From Gemmatimonadota bacterium (lineage in GTDB: Bacteria > Gemmatimonadota > Gemmatimonadetes > Gemmatimonadales > GWC2-71-9), in contig JBLNGI010000116.1 in NCBI GenBank assembly GCA_050264615.1, positions 1 through 42,002 of the forward strand: 42,002 bases of DNA, in the 5' to 3' direction. Positions 18,964 to 28,406 of the stretch are shown in pieces. The notes beneath the pieces are model-generated. The model had not been told where the DNA came from and made no database searches. It was given only the letters and a program-made list of their open reading frames with translations. A program made the position numbers and the translations under genes. Each line of letters begins with the position of its first letter. Position 1 is the first letter of the stretch.

Positions 18964-20283
18964 GTGAAGATCCTGCTCGTCAGCCCGACAGCAATGGACA
19001 GCCGGGGCCGACCCATCAAGCAGCGCACGGTGCACCTCCCCGCCCTCACGCTTCCCATGCTCGCCGCGGTCACCCCACCCGACGCTGACCTCCGTCTCTG
19101 CTGCGAAACGGCCGAGCAGATTCCCTTCGACGAGCCGTGGGACCTCGTGGGCCTCACCGGGATGGGATCCGGAATCGTACGGGCGTGGCAGATCGCCGAT
19201 GAATTCAAGCGGCGGGGCCGAACGGTGGTGATTGGGGGGATCGCCGCGACCCTCGGCGACCCCGAATGGTCCCTGGCCCACGCCGACGCGGTGGTCTTGG
19301 GCGAGGCGGAAGAAGTCTGGCCCACGGTCGTGCAGGACGCCGCTGCCGGCCGGCTGCAATCAGTGTATCGGATGCAGCGCGAACCGCCGATCGACCAGCT
19401 GCCCCTCCCCCGCTACGACCTGTTGAACGCGGCGGTCTACGGCGCGTGGCGGCCGGTGCAGGCGACCCGCGGGTGCCCCTTCACGTGCACCTTCTGCTCC
19501 ATCACCGCGTTCTTCCAACAACACTACCGCAAGCGGCCGGTCGACCAGGTGGTCCGCGACGTGCGCGCCGCGAAGCGGCAGGGCACGCGCTACATCGCCT
19601 TCATCGACGACAACATTGGGGTCGACTGGGAGTACTGCGCCAAACTCTGGACGGCGTTGATCCCCGAGCGGATCATCTGGATGAGCCAGTGCAGTCTCCA
19701 TATCGCCGATCGCGCGGACATGCTGGAGCTCGCCCACCGGAGCGGCTGCCGGCTTCTGTCGTTCGGCATCGAGTCCACGAACGCCGAGAGCCTGGCGGGA
19801 ATCGACAAGGAGTGGAACCGGCCCGGCCGCTATCGCGACGCCGTGCGGCGCATCCGCGCGCACGGGATCGACGTGTCCACGGAGATGATCATCGGCTTGG
19901 ACGGTGACAACGGCTCGGTGTTTCAGCGAACCTACGACTTCCTTATGGACAACGCGATCTCGGTGCCGCGGGTCCACATCCTGACGCCGATCCCGGGGAC
20001 GCCGCTCTTCACTCAGCTCAAGGACGAGGGCCGGATCGTGAGCGAAGAGTTTGACCGCTACACCGGCGGGCATGTGGTCTTCCGACCAAAGCACCTCGAC
20101 GCGGCCGAGCTCGAGGCCGGTTACTGGAAGCTGTACGAGCGCCTGTTCTCCTGGCCCGCCATTGTGCGGCGCGTCGCGCCCAATCCGGCGTCGCTCAGGG
20201 GCTACATGCGGGCCATTGTGCTCGGCGTGAACCTGCACTACCGCCGCCACATCCACAATCGTATCTGCCCCGGGATCGTATAG
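18964..20283 (+). CDS. B12-binding domain radical SAM protein 1
   Basis: N-terminal cobalamin-binding-like domain (VVIGGIAAT..P, VV.GEAE), RGCPFTCTFC, FIDDN, FGIES, IIGLDGD, LTPIPGT motifs. Confidence 0.92.
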   Translation: MKILLVSPTAMDSRGRPIKQRTVHLPALTLPMLAAVTPPDADLRLCCETAEQIPFDEPWDLVGLTGMGSGIVRAWQIADEFKRRGRTVVIGGIAATLGDPEWSLAHADAVVLGEAEEVWPTVVQDAAAGRLQSVYRMQREPPIDQLPLPRYDLLNAAVYGAWRPVQATRGCPFTCTFCSITAFFQQHYRKRPVDQVVRDVRAAKRQGTRYIAFIDDNIGVDWEYCAKLWTALIPERIIWMSQCSLHIADRADMLELAHRSGCRLLSFGIESTNAESLAGIDKEWNRPGRYRDAVRRIRAHGIDVSTEMIIGLDGDNGSVFQRTYDFLMDNAISVPRVHILTPIPGTPLFTQLKDEGRIVSEEFDRYTGGHVVFRPKHLDAAELEAGYWKLYERLFSWPAIVRRVAPNPASLRGYMRAIVLGVNLHYRRHIHNRICPGIV

Positions 20284-20301
20284 CTCCGCCCAGGAGGCTC
20301 C

Positions 20302-21783
20302 ATGCGCGTCCTTTTGATACGTCCTCCCGTTCCGCCGCACACGATCGGTCTCAAGCACATCATGATCTGCGAGCCGCTGGAGCTCGAGTACGTGGCGGCC
20401 GGGCTGGACGGACACGACGTCCAGATCATGGACATGATCGTCGAAGGGCACCTCGAGCGGCGCCTCCGGCAATTCGCGCCGGACGTCGTGGGGACGAGCT
20501 GCTACATCACCGGCGTGAACGAGGTCAAGAAGATCTGCCGCAGCGTGAAGCGGTGGAACCCGAACTGCTGGACGGTGGTGGGCGGGGTCCAAGCATCGAG
20601 GGTGCCCGAGGACTTCGCCGACACCGCGATCGACGTTGTCGTCCGCGGCGACGGGACGACGGCGATGCCCGCCCTGCTCGACGCCTTCGCGAACGGGCAC
20701 TCCCTCGTGGACCTACCGAATCTCGCGCTCCCCGACGGGGACCGCATGGTCCTAACTGCCGACCGCCCCTACATGCCGAAGCCCGATCAGCTCCCGTTCC
20801 CACGCCGCGATCTCGTCCGCCACCTCCAGCACCGGTACTACTACCTGTTTCACCAGCCCGTGGCGACGATGAAGACCACGTGGGGGTGCTGGTACAAGTG
20901 CAACTTCTGCTACACCTGGCGCATCACCGATGGACTCCCGTACTCCCGCAGTCCCGAGTCCATCGTGGACGAGCTCGAGCAGATCGAAGCCGACGACGTC
21001 TACATTGTAGACGACATCTTCCTCATCAACCGGAACCGGCTCGCGCGCATCGCCGAGCTGCTTCGCGCGCGCAACATCCGCAAGAACTATCTCGTCTACG
21101 CCCGCGCCGACTTCCTCGCCGAGAACGAGGACGTGATCGCCGAGTGGGCGGGGCTCGGGCTCAAGGCCGTGTTCGTCGGGCTCGAGGCCGCGACGGACGC
21201 GGAGCTCGATTCGATGAACAAGGAGTGCAGCGTGGACTACAACCGGCGGGCCATCGCGGTGCTGCGCCGGCAACGGGTCGATACGTACGGATCGCTCATC
21301 ACGCAGTCCGACTACGTCGAAGCCGACTGGGCGCGACTCAAGCGGTTCATCGACGAAACCAAGCTCTACTACTTGAACATCTCCCCCCTGACGCCCATGC
21401 CGGGTACGCTCATCTGGGACCGGTACAAGGACCAGACGACGGTGAGTCGCGTGGCCCACGGGCTGTGGGACTTGTCGCATATGCTGCTGCCTACCCGCAT
21501 GCCCCTCAAGCAGTACTATCGCTCGCTCCTGGGGGTGTACGCCCACGCGTGTATCAACCCCCGCCGCGCCGCTGCGCTGTCGCTGCGCACCGCGCCGCCG
21601 ATCTGGTCGTGGAAATTCCTGCGGTTGTGGTACGGCGCGCTGCAGATCGCCCGACAGTTCTTCACGGCGCATCGACACCACACGCCGGCGGAGGTCGCGC
21701 GGGCCTCGGACACGGGCCCCGAGGTACCGGGGCTCATCCCGCGCTGGAAGGCGCGCCGACCGGCGCCGGTGGCGGCGGACTGA
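20302..21783 (+). CDS. B12-binding domain radical SAM protein 2
   Basis: EPLELEYVAA, VVGGVQAS..P, WGCWYKCNFC, IVDDIF, VFVGLE, LTPMPGT motifs; SD AGGAGG. Confidence 0.92.
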   Translation: MRVLLIRPPVPPHTIGLKHIMICEPLELEYVAAGLDGHDVQIMDMIVEGHLERRLRQFAPDVVGTSCYITGVNEVKKICRSVKRWNPNCWTVVGGVQASRVPEDFADTAIDVVVRGDGTTAMPALLDAFANGHSLVDLPNLALPDGDRMVLTADRPYMPKPDQLPFPRRDLVRHLQHRYYYLFHQPVATMKTTWGCWYKCNFCYTWRITDGLPYSRSPESIVDELEQIEADDVYIVDDIFLINRNRLARIAELLRARNIRKNYLVYARADFLAENEDVIAEWAGLGLKAVFVGLEAATDAELDSMNKECSVDYNRRAIAVLRRQRVDTYGSLITQSDYVEADWARLKRFIDETKLYYLNISPLTPMPGTLIWDRYKDQTTVSRVAHGLWDLSHMLLPTRMPLKQYYRSLLGVYAHACINPRRAAALSLRTAPPIWSWKFLRLWYGALQIARQFFTAHRHHTPAEVARASDTGPEVPGLIPRWKARRPAPVAAD

Positions 21784-21790
21784 GGCTCCG

Positions 21791-23056
21791 ATGGCTGCCC
21801 CGACTGCGGTCACCGGCACGCCGTACGACCCGTTCGACGGCTACTTCGCCCACGACGGCCATCCGGCCGCGGCCCCCGGCAGTCTCCTCGACCTCGCCGC
21901 GGCACGCCGGTGGTTCGAGATCCTGCGCCGAGGGTCCGAGGAGGACCTCTACACCTACCAGCAACCGCTCGAGGGACGCTCGGGTCCGCGCGTCTCGGTC
22001 AACGCGCGCCCGACCCTGATGCTCGCGAGCTACGACTACCTCGGCCTCCTCGGGTGTCCGGCCGTGGAGGAGGCCGCGGTGGCCGCCGTGCGGGCCTACG
22101 GCACCGGGACCGGGGGCGTCCGGATGCTCACCGGCACCACGGCCCTGCATCACGAGCTCGAGCGCGAGATCGCGGCGTTCAAGGGCGTGGCAGCGGCGCT
22201 CACCTACGGCGCCGGTTACCTCGCGAATCTCTCGGCCATCGGGGCGCTGGTCGGCCCCCGGGACCGCGTCATCATGGACGCCCGCGCCCATCGGAGTCTC
22301 CACGATGCCTGCGCGCTGGCGCGCGTGCCGATCCGGACCTTCCGTCACAACGACATGGTCACGCTGCGCCAGGAACTCGCCCGGGAAGCCGCCGGGCAGC
22401 GGACGCTGATCGTGGTGGACGGCCTCTACTCCATGGACGGCGACGTCTGCCCGCTCGCGGAGATCGTCGCGCTCAAGCGGGAGTTTGCGGCGTTCCTGCT
22501 GGTGGACGAGGCCCACGCCCTCGGCGTGCTCGGCGCGAGCGGCCGCGGCGTGCACGAGCATTTCGGCGTCCCCGCCGACGCCGTGGACATCTGGACCGGA
22601 TCACTGTCGAAGGCCATCCCGGCGAACGGCGGTTTCCTCGCCGGCTCCCGCGAGCTGGTGATCTACCTCCAGCACGTCACCGCCCCGTTCTGGTTCTCAG
22701 CGGCGCTGTGCCCCGCGGCGGTCGGTGCCGCGCTCGAAGCGCTACGTGTGCTGCAACGCGAGCCCGCGCGCTTGGACCGCCTCCGCCGCAACGCCGCGCG
22801 GCTGCGCGACGGGCTCCGCAGCCGCGGCTACGACACCGGTGCCTCAACGGGACCGATCATCCCGGTGATGGTCGGAACCAACGACGCGGCCTGGCGACTC
22901 GCGCGGCGGCTGTTCGACCACGGGGTGCTGGCGCCCGCGGTCGTGTACCCGGCGGTGCCGCTGGACGCGGCCCGCCTGCGGCTCTGTGGCACGGCGGCGC
23001 TGTCCGACGCCGACATCGACGAAGCCCTCGCGGCCTTCCAGGACGCCCGCGCATGA
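21791..23056 (+). CDS. PLP-dependent alpha-oxoamine synthase (serine palmitoyltransferase-like)
   Basis: SYDYLGL, GYLAN, H(R)SL, FRHND, DGLYSMDGD, VDEAHALG, GSLSK (PLP lysine), FSAAL, YPAVP...RLR. Family call is firm; substrate is inferred from context. Confidence 0.88.
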   Translation: MAAPTAVTGTPYDPFDGYFAHDGHPAAAPGSLLDLAAARRWFEILRRGSEEDLYTYQQPLEGRSGPRVSVNARPTLMLASYDYLGLLGCPAVEEAAVAAVRAYGTGTGGVRMLTGTTALHHELEREIAAFKGVAAALTYGAGYLANLSAIGALVGPRDRVIMDARAHRSLHDACALARVPIRTFRHNDMVTLRQELAREAAGQRTLIVVDGLYSMDGDVCPLAEIVALKREFAAFLLVDEAHALGVLGASGRGVHEHFGVPADAVDIWTGSLSKAIPANGGFLAGSRELVIYLQHVTAPFWFSAALCPAAVGAALEALRVLQREPARLDRLRRNAARLRDGLRSRGYDTGASTGPIIPVMVGTNDAAWRLARRLFDHGVLAPAVVYPAVPLDAARLRLCGTAALSDADIDEALAAFQDARA

Positions 23057-24222
23057 CAGCGGTGAGCGCGGTCCGGGCGCGGCGCGGGACGCGGCCGTAC
23101 AGCGTGCGCGCGTTCACCGACATCGCGGACGTGGATCCCGCGGCTTGGGACGCGATCATCGATCCCGACGACCTCCAAGCCACCCACCGGTTCGTGAGTG
23201 TGTGCCAGCGCTCGGCAGTCGAGGGCGCCGCATACCGGCACGTCATGGTGCATTGCGGCGCACGCCTCGCCGCCATCGCGAGCTTCTCGCGAATGGACGT
23301 CAAGGTCGATTTGCTCGCTACCGGGGTCGCGCGCGCAAGCATCCGCTGGATCCGGCGCCGGCACCCGTCGTTCCTCGTAGTGCCCGTGGCGTTCTGCGGT
23401 CTGCCGGTGTCGTTTGGGCAGTCCTGCCTGCGCCTCGCGCCCGGGGTGGACCGGGCGGCGGTGCTCCCGCTCCTCGCCCGCGAGCTCGACGCGTTCGGAG
23501 CGGACACGGGGGCGCGGTTGCTCTGCTTCAAGGAGTACGGGCCGGCGGAGGGCCCGGCGCTCGCCCCGCTCCTGGCCGCGGGTTACTTCCGCGCGCCGAG
23601 CCTCCCCTCGTGCCGCCTCGCGATCCGGTGGCGCACGTTCGACGAGTACCTCGCCGCGATGCGCGCGGGCTATCGCCGTCAGGTGCGGGCGGGTCTGCGG
23701 GTGGGGGCGGCGCAAGGACTCGAGTGCCGCGTCGTGGCGGACTTCGGCCCGGACTGCCGCCGCATCTTCCGCCTCTACGAGCAGGTGATGGACCGGGCGG
23801 AGGTTCAGCTCGAGCGCTTGAATCTCGCGTTCTTCGAAGAGCTGAACGGGCGACTGGGCGCGCAGTCGGCGGCGGTCCTGCTCGAGCGGCACGGCGCGCT
23901 GGCGGCCGCCGCCGTGCTGCTGTACTCGCCGCACGTCGTCACCTTCCTTCTCGCGGGCATCGACAGCGCGCAGAACCGTCCGTGCTGGGCCTACCCGAAT
24001 CTCGTCACCGCGGTCGTGCGGGAGGCGATACGACGCGGCGCGACGGCGCTGGAGATGGGGCAGACGTCGTACGACCTTAAGCTGCGCCTCGGCGCCGCGA
24101 CGAGCAGTCGCGAGATCTACATCAGGTGCCCCGGCCGCGTCCGGCACGCGTTGCTCCGCGCCGCGGCCCCGGCGCTGTTCCCCGTCGTTCACCCGGCGGC
24201 TCGGCGGGTGTACCGCGCATGA
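23053..24222 (+). CDS. GNAT family (FemAB-like/Acetyltransf_6) acyltransferase
   Basis: W.TFDEYLAAMRAGYRRQ, LYEQV...LE.LN..FF and EMGQTSY..K.RLGA patterns; ATGA overlaps at both ends; 389 aa. Confidence 0.8.
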   Translation: MTAVSAVRARRGTRPYSVRAFTDIADVDPAAWDAIIDPDDLQATHRFVSVCQRSAVEGAAYRHVMVHCGARLAAIASFSRMDVKVDLLATGVARASIRWIRRRHPSFLVVPVAFCGLPVSFGQSCLRLAPGVDRAAVLPLLARELDAFGADTGARLLCFKEYGPAEGPALAPLLAAGYFRAPSLPSCRLAIRWRTFDEYLAAMRAGYRRQVRAGLRVGAAQGLECRVVADFGPDCRRIFRLYEQVMDRAEVQLERLNLAFFEELNGRLGAQSAAVLLERHGALAAAAVLLYSPHVVTFLLAGIDSAQNRPCWAYPNLVTAVVREAIRRGATALEMGQTSYDLKLRLGAATSSREIYIRCPGRVRHALLRAAAPALFPVVHPAARRVYRA

Positions 24223-25196
24223 CCGGCGCGTGGCGGCCGGCGCTCGCGCGCTATCAGGGCGGCGACTGGCGCATCGGCGCCCGCCAGATCGCGACGACGG
24301 GCGCGCTCTTCGTCCTCGCCTGGTACGCCGCGTACCGGAGCCTCGCGATCTCCTACTGGCTGACGCTCGCCCTCGCGCTCCCGACGGCTGGTGTGCTGGT
24401 ACGGCTGTTCACCATTCAGCATGACTGCGGCCACGGATCTTTCCTGCCGAGTCCGACGTGGAACGACTGGATCGGCCGGGCGCTCGGCGTGGTCACGCTG
24501 ACGCCCTACCGGTACTGGCGGCGGTTCCACGCCCTGCATCACGCCACCTCTGGGAAGCTCGAGCGGCGCGGCTTTTACGACATCATCACCCTCACCGTGC
24601 GGGAGTACCGCGCGCTCCCCTGGTGGAAGCGCCTTGCCTACCGCGTGTATCGCGACCCCGTGTTCCTCTTCGCCATCGCGCCGACCGTGCTTTTCGTGGT
24701 CCTACACCGCTTTCCATTCCTGGCGCCCCGCAGCTGGCGCGCCGAGCGCCGGAGCATCCTGGGGACCGACGTCGCGCTCGCGGCGGTGATAGGCCTGCTG
24801 GCGGCGACGATCGGCCTGCGCGCGGTCCTCCTGATCCAGGCGCCAGTGACCGTGATCGCGTCGGGCGTGGGGATGTGGCTGTTCTACGTGCAACACCAGT
24901 TCGAAGACGCGTACTGGGAACCGGCCGGGCGCTGGGACTTCACGCACGCTTCGCTCGTGGGGTCCTCGTATTACGCGCTCCCCGCGTGGTTGCATTGGTT
25001 CACCGGACACATCGGATTGCACCACATCCATCACCTCAACACCCGCATCCCGAATTACCGGCTCCAGGCTTGCTTCAACGAGAATCCCGATCTGCCGCCG
25101 GCGGCCCGCCTCACGTTACGCGACAGCTTCCACTGCGTGCGCCTCAAGCTCTGGGACGAGGAGCGCAGGAAGCTCGTGCCGATCCCGAATGCCTGA
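24219..25196 (+). CDS. Membrane fatty acid/lipid desaturase (Des-like)
   Basis: His boxes HDCGH, HALHH and HHIHH, plus WLFYVQHQFE and RIPNYRL; 325 aa. Confidence 0.93.
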   Translation: MTGAWRPALARYQGGDWRIGARQIATTGALFVLAWYAAYRSLAISYWLTLALALPTAGVLVRLFTIQHDCGHGSFLPSPTWNDWIGRALGVVTLTPYRYWRRFHALHHATSGKLERRGFYDIITLTVREYRALPWWKRLAYRVYRDPVFLFAIAPTVLFVVLHRFPFLAPRSWRAERRSILGTDVALAAVIGLLAATIGLRAVLLIQAPVTVIASGVGMWLFYVQHQFEDAYWEPAGRWDFTHASLVGSSYYALPAWLHWFTGHIGLHHIHHLNTRIPNYRLQACFNENPDLPPAARLTLRDSFHCVRLKLWDEERRKLVPIPNA

Positions 25197-27061
25197 TGTC
25201 GCATGCTTCGCTCGAGCTCCTGCTTGTCGTAGGCTGGTTCGGCCAGTCGGCCAACTGGGTGTGGGCGCTCGCCCGCGCGGGACGCCGCGCGGCGACGCCG
25301 CTCGAGTGGGCCCCCGAGTTGTTGTTGCGGGCGGCCATGGCGGCGCTCGTCGTGTGGGCGTTGGTCGGCACCGCCGGTACACGGGTTCCGCTGCCCGACG
25401 GAGTGATGGCGGCGTGCGTGGTGCTGTTCCTCACGGGCCACGCGGTCGCGGTGCTCGGTCGCGTCCGCCTCGGCGGCGCGTGGGGCATCGGCACCCGCCC
25501 GCGGGCTGACCTCGACGCGCCGGTCCGCAGCGGCATCTACCGGCTCGTCGCGCACCCGATCTACCTCGGAACAACCACCGCAGTCGTGGCGCAGCTGGCG
25601 GTGCTGCAGAACCTTCCGTCGCTCCTGCTTGTGGCGGGCGCCGCCGCGGTGAATCCTTGGAAAATCGCGCGAGAGCGGCGCTTGCTCCGGCGGGCCGGAC
25701 TGCCGACAGCCCCGGGGCCGCCGGGTCACATGCTCCTCGGCCACCTGCCGGCGTTCCGCCAGGAGCCGCTGGGTTTCCTCCTCCGCGCCGTCCGGGATTG
25801 GGGCGACGTGGTCGCCCTGCGCATCGGGCGCCAGCCCGCCTACCTCCTCTGGCGGCCGGAGCACGTGCAGCAGGTGCTCCAGACCAACCAGCGGATCTAT
25901 TCCAAGCGCGTTGACCCGCTCAAGCGGCTCAGCGAAGTGCTCGGTCGCGGGCTGGTCACGAGCACGGGCGATCTGTGGCGGCGCCAGCGGCGCCTCGTGC
26001 AACCGGCATTCCATCCAGAAGCGCTGGACGCGCTGGGGCCGGTCATCACGAGAGCAATCGCCGAACTGGTGGACGGCTGGCGCCCGCTCGCCCGGGCGGG
26101 CGCGGTCCTGGACGTCCACCACGAGATGATGCGCCTGACATTCTGTATCGTGGGCGAAACGCTGTTCGGGGCGGATCTGCGTCAGCAGGCCGATTCCGTG
26201 CGCGGGGCGCTCGCGGTGGTGCAGCAGCAAACCAATGAGCGGCTCGACACCCTGGTGCCGCTTCCTCTCTGGGTGCCCACCCGCCGGAATCGCGCCTTCC
26301 ACAACGCGCTGGCTACCCTTGACCGCGTCGTCGGAGGCGTGATCGATGCGCGCACCGCCGCAGGCAACGGCGCTGGCCGCGCGGACCTGCTCGCCACCCT
26401 CATGGCGGCGCGCGATGAGCATACCGGTCGCCCGATAGGGCGGCGACAGCTGCGGGACGAGATCGTCACGCTACTTCTTGCCGGCCACGAAAACACCGGG
26501 AACGCGCTGACGTGGCTGTGGTATCTCATCGCCCGGCACCCGCCGGTCGCGGATCGCGTCGGGGAAGAGCTCGGGCGGGTCCTACACGGCCGCCCACCCG
26601 CATGGGCCGATCTTCCGGCGCTCCCCTACGCAAGAATGGTGATCGAAGAGACGCTGCGACTGTATCCCACGTCGTGGCTCATGCTGCGCCGTGCCGAGGA
26701 GCCGGACGAGATCGGCGGGTTCGCGATCGAGCGCGGCGCGATCATCGTGATCAGTCCTTACCTCACTCACCGGCACCCCGAGCATTGGTCCGATCCCGAG
26801 GTGTTCGACCCGGAGCGTTTCGAGGAGCAGCGGTCGTCCGCGCGCCACCGCTTTGCTTACTTCCCGTTCGGGGGAGGTCCACGGAAATGTGTCGGCAGTG
26901 GATTCGCGGCGGGCGAGCTGCAGCTCGTGCTCGCGGCGGTCGCCCAACACTATTGCTTCGAGCTCGAAGCCGGGCAGGTGGCGCATCCACTCCCGGTGGT
27001 GTCGCTCCCGCCCCGCGGCGGCCTGCCGCTCCGCATGCGACTCCGTTCCGGGCGCGACTGA
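25196..27061 (+). CDS. ICMT/PEMT-like membrane domain fused to cytochrome P450
   Basis: First ~165 aa are hydrophobic with LG.AW...SGIYRLVAHPIYLG...KIARERRLL. P450 follows with APGPPG, W.RQRR..QPAFH, AGHENT, EETLRLYP, FDPERF and FGGGPRKCVG. TGATG overlap; 621 aa. Confidence 0.88.
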   Translation: MSHASLELLLVVGWFGQSANWVWALARAGRRAATPLEWAPELLLRAAMAALVVWALVGTAGTRVPLPDGVMAACVVLFLTGHAVAVLGRVRLGGAWGIGTRPRADLDAPVRSGIYRLVAHPIYLGTTTAVVAQLAVLQNLPSLLLVAGAAAVNPWKIARERRLLRRAGLPTAPGPPGHMLLGHLPAFRQEPLGFLLRAVRDWGDVVALRIGRQPAYLLWRPEHVQQVLQTNQRIYSKRVDPLKRLSEVLGRGLVTSTGDLWRRQRRLVQPAFHPEALDALGPVITRAIAELVDGWRPLARAGAVLDVHHEMMRLTFCIVGETLFGADLRQQADSVRGALAVVQQQTNERLDTLVPLPLWVPTRRNRAFHNALATLDRVVGGVIDARTAAGNGAGRADLLATLMAARDEHTGRPIGRRQLRDEIVTLLLAGHENTGNALTWLWYLIARHPPVADRVGEELGRVLHGRPPAWADLPALPYARMVIEETLRLYPTSWLMLRRAEEPDEIGGFAIERGAIIVISPYLTHRHPEHWSDPEVFDPERFEEQRSSARHRFAYFPFGGGPRKCVGSGFAAGELQLVLAAVAQHYCFELEAGQVAHPLPVVSLPPRGGLPLRMRLRSGRD

Positions 27062-27064
27062 GCC

Positions 27065-28399
27065 ATGTTCGCGCAAGCGGTCCTCGCGCCAGGCCCTCGG
27101 CCGCACCCGCTGTTCGGGCACGTCACCGCATTCCGGAAGGACCCCTTCGGGTTCCTGACGACCGCTATTCGCGACTACGGCGACATAGTGGGGCTGCGCC
27201 TGGGACCACGGCCAGCGCTGTTCCTCCGCCATCCGGATCACATTCAAGTCCTGTTGCAGGCCCACCGAGACAATTACGTCAAGCAGCCGCTGTTCCGCGT
27301 CGTATTCGGCGACGGCGTCGCTACTGCAAACGGTGCCGCCTGGCACCGCCAGCGGCGGCTCCTGACACCGTGGTTCCACCCGCGGCGGGTCAGCGGCGCG
27401 ATCCCGGTTCTGCACGACGTGCTCAACGACCTAGTACGGCGCTGGCGTCTGCTCGCCGATTCGGCACAGCCTGTCGAGCTCCTCGTGGAGATGAGACGGC
27501 TCGCCTTGCTCTTCGTCGCCCGCACGCTCCTCGGAGCCGAGCTCGGCAGCGCGGCCGACGGCATCCGGAGAGCCGCCGACCTGCTTCAGCGTGGAATGGC
27601 CGAGCGGCTTTTCCGCCTGGTGCGCCTGCCGCTCTGGGTGCCGACCCCGGGGAATCGGACGTTCCTCGGCGCGGTGAGGGCTCTCGACCAGTTGGCCTAC
27701 GGCCTCATAGCCGAGCGCCGTACCGCTCGTGGCACCTCCGACGATCTCTTTCGCGCACTGCTGGAGGCGGACGGCACACCCGCCTCCGACCGCGCGGTGC
27801 GCGACCAAGTCCTCACGCTCCTGTTCGCCGCGTACGAAAACACCGGCAATGCGCTGACCTGGCTGTGCTACGTCTTGGCACGGCACAGAGAGGTCGAGGA
27901 GCGTGTTCACGACGAGCTGCTGGCGACGTGCGATGGCGGGCTGCCGAACGGGGAGGCGCTGGCGCAGCTGCGATATACGCGCATGGTGGTGGACGAGACG
28001 CTGCGCCTCTACCCCACGGGATGGATCGTCCGCGTCAGCCGGGCGGAGGACATGATCGGCGCATACCGGGTCCCCGCGAGCACCGTCGTTTTCGTGAGTC
28101 CATACTTGACGCACCGCCATCCCCAGTTCTGGCCGAACCCGGAGCGCTTCGATCCCGCGCGCTTCGCGGCCGGCACCGCACCGTTTCACGCATTCTCGTA
28201 TTTGCCGTTCGGCGAGGGTCCGCGGCAGTGCCCCGGCGGCGACTACGCGGTGGTGGAGTCGCTCCTCACCGTCGCCGCCGTCGTCGGGCATTTCCGCCTG
28301 AGACTCGTGGCCGGTCAAAGTCTCGAGCCCGACCCCTTGTTCTCCGTCGCACCGCGCCATGGGCTCAAGGTGATCCTGCAGTCGCGCGGGAACCATTAA
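27065..28399 (+). CDS. Cytochrome P450
   Basis: AAYENT I-helix, DETLRLYP, FDPARF, FGEGPRQCPG heme motif; clear paralog of the upstream P450 domain. Confidence 0.95.
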   Translation: MFAQAVLAPGPRPHPLFGHVTAFRKDPFGFLTTAIRDYGDIVGLRLGPRPALFLRHPDHIQVLLQAHRDNYVKQPLFRVVFGDGVATANGAAWHRQRRLLTPWFHPRRVSGAIPVLHDVLNDLVRRWRLLADSAQPVELLVEMRRLALLFVARTLLGAELGSAADGIRRAADLLQRGMAERLFRLVRLPLWVPTPGNRTFLGAVRALDQLAYGLIAERRTARGTSDDLFRALLEADGTPASDRAVRDQVLTLLFAAYENTGNALTWLCYVLARHREVEERVHDELLATCDGGLPNGEALAQLRYTRMVVDETLRLYPTGWIVRVSRAEDMIGAYRVPASTVVFVSPYLTHRHPQFWPNPERFDPARFAAGTAPFHAFSYLPFGEGPRQCPGGDYAVVESLLTVAAVVGHFRLRLVAGQSLEPDPLFSVAPRHGLKVILQSRGNH

Positions 28400-28406
28400 C
28401 GAACCG

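Noticed and set aside
21791-23056. BioF (biotin synthesis) or Kbl assignment
   Set aside because: No bio genes nearby, and the context is long-chain lipid enzymes plus a bCerS-like gene. Not formally excluded without a phylogeny.
18964-28399. RiPP cluster (radical SAM plus P450 acting on a peptide)
   Set aside because: No precursor peptide, RRE, SPASM domain or peptidase seen. Genes are tightly overlapped and the partners are lipid enzymes.
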